In this document: piece after piece, positions 25,733 through 27,603 of the stretch
Layout: each line of letters starts with the position of its first letter
Position numbering within the stretch: the first letter of the stretch is position 1
The notes under the pieces: model-generated
Database searches by the model: none
The model's input: only the letters and a program-made list of their open reading frames with translations
What the model was told of the DNA's origin: nothing
Made by a program: the position numbers and the translations under genes
NCBI GenBank assembly: GCA_035716105.1
Contig: DASTKE010000154.1
Location: 1 to 27,603, forward strand
Direction of reading: 5' to 3'
Source of the DNA: Ktedonobacteraceae bacterium
Lineage (GTDB): Bacteria; Chloroflexota; Ktedonobacteria; Ktedonobacterales; Ktedonobacteraceae
Length of the DNA stretch: 27,603 nt

Positions 25733-26011
25733 TTATGGTTGCGGTGTGTGGTGTACACAAGGTGTTGTCGCCCGTTCAAGTGAGATCAGACCGGTAAAGG
25801 CTTCTTGGAAAGAATGCCCACACATCTCTTCGGATGGGTGCAATGCGCTGCAGACTGCCGGGCGCTCTGGTTTGCCAAAGAGCTTGCAGCGATTATCCTC
25901 CGTCAGTTGGATGCAGCGCACCCCTGCCGGTTTGCCGCCTGGCATTCCTGGAATGGCTGATGAGATGGACGGAGCGATACAACATGCTCCGCACCCAACG
26001 CGACACTCCAT
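25733..26011 (-). CDS. YkgJ/UPF0153 cysteine-cluster (CxxxCxxCC) protein, YeiW-like
   Basis: [32 protein letters not shown]...RC.LFG.PERP.VC; SD GAGGGG. Confidence 0.92.
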   Translation of the reverse strand: MECRVGCGACCIAPSISSAIPGMPGGKPAGVRCIQLTEDNRCKLFGKPERPAVCSALHPSEEMCGHSFQEAFTGLISLERATTPCVHHTPQP

Positions 26012-26067
26012 GGACTGTTTCTCCCCTCATGCTCACAAAACGCCTGTTCACAGGAGCTGGATACATG

Positions 26068-26673
26068 TTATCCCGCAAGCCCTGTTCCCACGAAGGCTAA
26101 GAATTGTTCGATGCGCGTAGTATAGCTCTCCATCTGGTTACTTTTCACGGCCTGGTTCACAATGGTTCCATAGAGGGTCGAGATGAAGCCTGCCAGTTCC
26201 TCTAGCGGCAGGTCGTTACGCACGTCGCCGCGCTCCTGACCGTAGCGCAGAATGCTGTTCAGCGTGGCGGCAAAATCGGGAACGTGCTCTGCCGCGTCCT
26301 CTCCAACCATCCCGATGGCTTTGATGAGTGCCCGTGTCAGGTCTGAAAGTTCCTCGATGCGCTGCCCGATCAAGTCGAAGTAGTAACGCAAGGCTTCAAT
26401 GGTCGTTGGCTGTTGCTCAAGCAAAGTCTGAACCTGTGGGCGAAGCTCGGCAAAGAGAATCTGTTGGGCCAGAGGCAGCAGCAGGGATGATTTTGTCGGA
26501 AAGTACTTAAAGAGCGTGGCGCGTCCGACTTCGGCCTGTTCCGCGATGGCATCCATCGTAGTCTGATCAAATCCGTGCGCGGTGAATAGGGACAATGCCG
26601 TCTCCAGGATACGCTGGCGAATGCGCTCATGATTGCGCTGCCGCAGAGATGGTTTTTTCTCATCAATAGCCAT
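26068..26673 (-). CDS. TetR/AcrR family transcriptional regulator
   Basis: ILETALSLFTAHGFDQTTMDAIAEQAEVGRATLFKYFPTK helix-turn-helix. Confidence 0.95.
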   Translation of the reverse strand: MAIDEKKPSLRQRNHERIRQRILETALSLFTAHGFDQTTMDAIAEQAEVGRATLFKYFPTKSSLLLPLAQQILFAELRPQVQTLLEQQPTTIEALRYYFDLIGQRIEELSDLTRALIKAIGMVGEDAAEHVPDFAATLNSILRYGQERGDVRNDLPLEELAGFISTLYGTIVNQAVKSNQMESYTTRIEQFLAFVGTGLAG

Positions 26674-26775
26674 ACAGATCCCCTATCTCATGCCTTCTCT
26701 TGACTTTAGTGTGTACTGGATATTAATATATACTCAGTATGAGTTTGGATGTCGTCTCTGTAAGGTACATCGTGC

Positions 26776-26806
26776 CTTGACCATATTATCTAACATTATG
26801 GTCAAG
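26776..26806. promoter_or_regulatory. Candidate TetR operator: perfect 10-bp inverted repeat CTTGACCATA-N11-TATGGTCAAG
   Basis: Lies in the divergent intergenic region between tetR and the P450 gene. Confidence 0.5.
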
Positions 26807-26860
26807 ACGGCTATAGACATAAGACGATTGTCTCTGACAAAGAGAGAAAGGTATAGACTG

Positions 26861-27603
26861 ATGGCTGTCGTGCAAGAACACGAGCAACTGTTCAACCCGT
26901 TTCCCTGGTATCAAGCGATGCGCCAGTCGAGGCCCGTCCATTTCGATGAAGAGCGCTGCACCTGGAATGTGTTTCGCTACCAGGATGTGCAACGTGTGCT
27001 GACCGATTACGAAGCTTTCTCATCACAGATGATGATGGAGGGCAGCCACGCGCTCAGCAGCAGCATGATTAATGTGGATCCGCCGCGCCATCGCCAGCTG
27101 CGCTCCCTCGTGACCCAGGCATTTACGCCGCGCACCATTGCCCGGCTTGCTCTTCGCGTCAGTGATATCGTGCATGAATTGCTCGACCGGGTGGTTGCAA
27201 AGGGGGAGATGGATGTGATTGATGACCTCTCCTATCCGCTGCCCGTCCTGATTATTGCGGAACTGCTGGGTGTCCCTGCCGGAGACCGCGACCGTTTCCG
27301 CCACTGGTCGAATATCATTGCTGGCACGGACGATGGTGGGGGATATGCAGCGCAGCAGGAGATGGCCGAATACTTTCTGGCTCTACTTGCCGACCGCAGG
27401 CGAGAGCCGCAGGACGACCTGCTCTCCGCCCTGCTGGCTGCTCAGGTCGATGGGCAGAAACTCACTCAGGAAGAGCTGCTTGGCTTCTGTGTGCTCCTGC
27501 TGGTAGCCGGGAATATCACCACCACGAACCTCATTGGTAACGCCTTCCTCGCGTTTCAGCAGGTTCCCCCGGCTCTGGAACAGCTGTATGCCGACTCGTC
27601 GCT
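26861..27603 (+). CDS. Cytochrome P450 (bacterial class I, CYP109-like), truncated by the window end; absent from the ORF track
   Basis: Own translation: MAVVQEHEQLFNPFPWYQAMR...WNVFRYQDV...DPPRHRQLR.LV.QAFTPR...YPLPV.IIAELLGVP...DDLLSALL...LLLVAGNITTT; SD GAAAGG. Confidence 0.95.
   Translation, partial: MAVVQEHEQLFNPFPWYQAMRQSRPVHFDEERCTWNVFRYQDVQRVLTDYEAFSSQMMMEGSHALSSSMINVDPPRHRQLRSLVTQAFTPRTIARLALRVSDIVHELLDRVVAKGEMDVIDDLSYPLPVLIIAELLGVPAGDRDRFRHWSNIIAGTDDGGGYAAQQEMAEYFLALLADRRREPQDDLLSALLAAQVDGQKLTQEELLGFCVLLLVAGNITTTNLIGNAFLAFQQVPPALEQLYADSS

Noticed and set aside
1-27603. CRISPR array, tRNA, rRNA or transposase
   Set aside because: No regularly spaced direct repeats, cloverleaf or rRNA-like sequence, or DDE/HUH/recombinase motifs were recognised.

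Overview
Bacterial chromosomal segment. Protein style, extended -10 promoters and a monoderm-type polysaccharide export set suggest Ktedonobacteria/Chloroflexota; this is inference, not a database result. Most of the window (3838-23541) is a Wzx/Wzy-type exopolysaccharide/capsule locus in several transcription units. It encodes a priming sugar transferase, two GT4s, a processive-type GT2, a Wzy/O-antigen-ligase-family protein, a co-polymerase, a CpsD/CapB-like ATPase and a flippase. It also has an unusually rich tailoring set: CE4 deacetylase, hexapeptide acyltransferase, FemAB-like GNAT, ATP-grasp ligase, flavoprotein monooxygenase-like enzyme, Gfo/Idh/MocA oxidoreductase and a secreted GH-CBM-SGNH enzyme. 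Left of the locus are a near-perfect palindrome of at least 299 bp at the window start, two small orphan ORFs, a second hairpin with the same GCA-capped core, a lectin/G1-peptidase lipoprotein and a membrane protein. Right of it are a stand-alone GspE-N-type protein, an orphan OmpR regulator, an AT-rich intergenic gap, a YkgJ protein, TetR and a divergent, truncated cytochrome P450. No rRNA, tRNA, CRISPR array or transposase was recognised. The strongest leads are the twin GCA-loop palindromes, an apparently circularly permuted CE4, an unannotated 43-aa membrane microprotein, a BY-kinase without its tyrosine cluster, and an N-hydroxylase-like plus ATP-grasp pair inside the polysaccharide locus.
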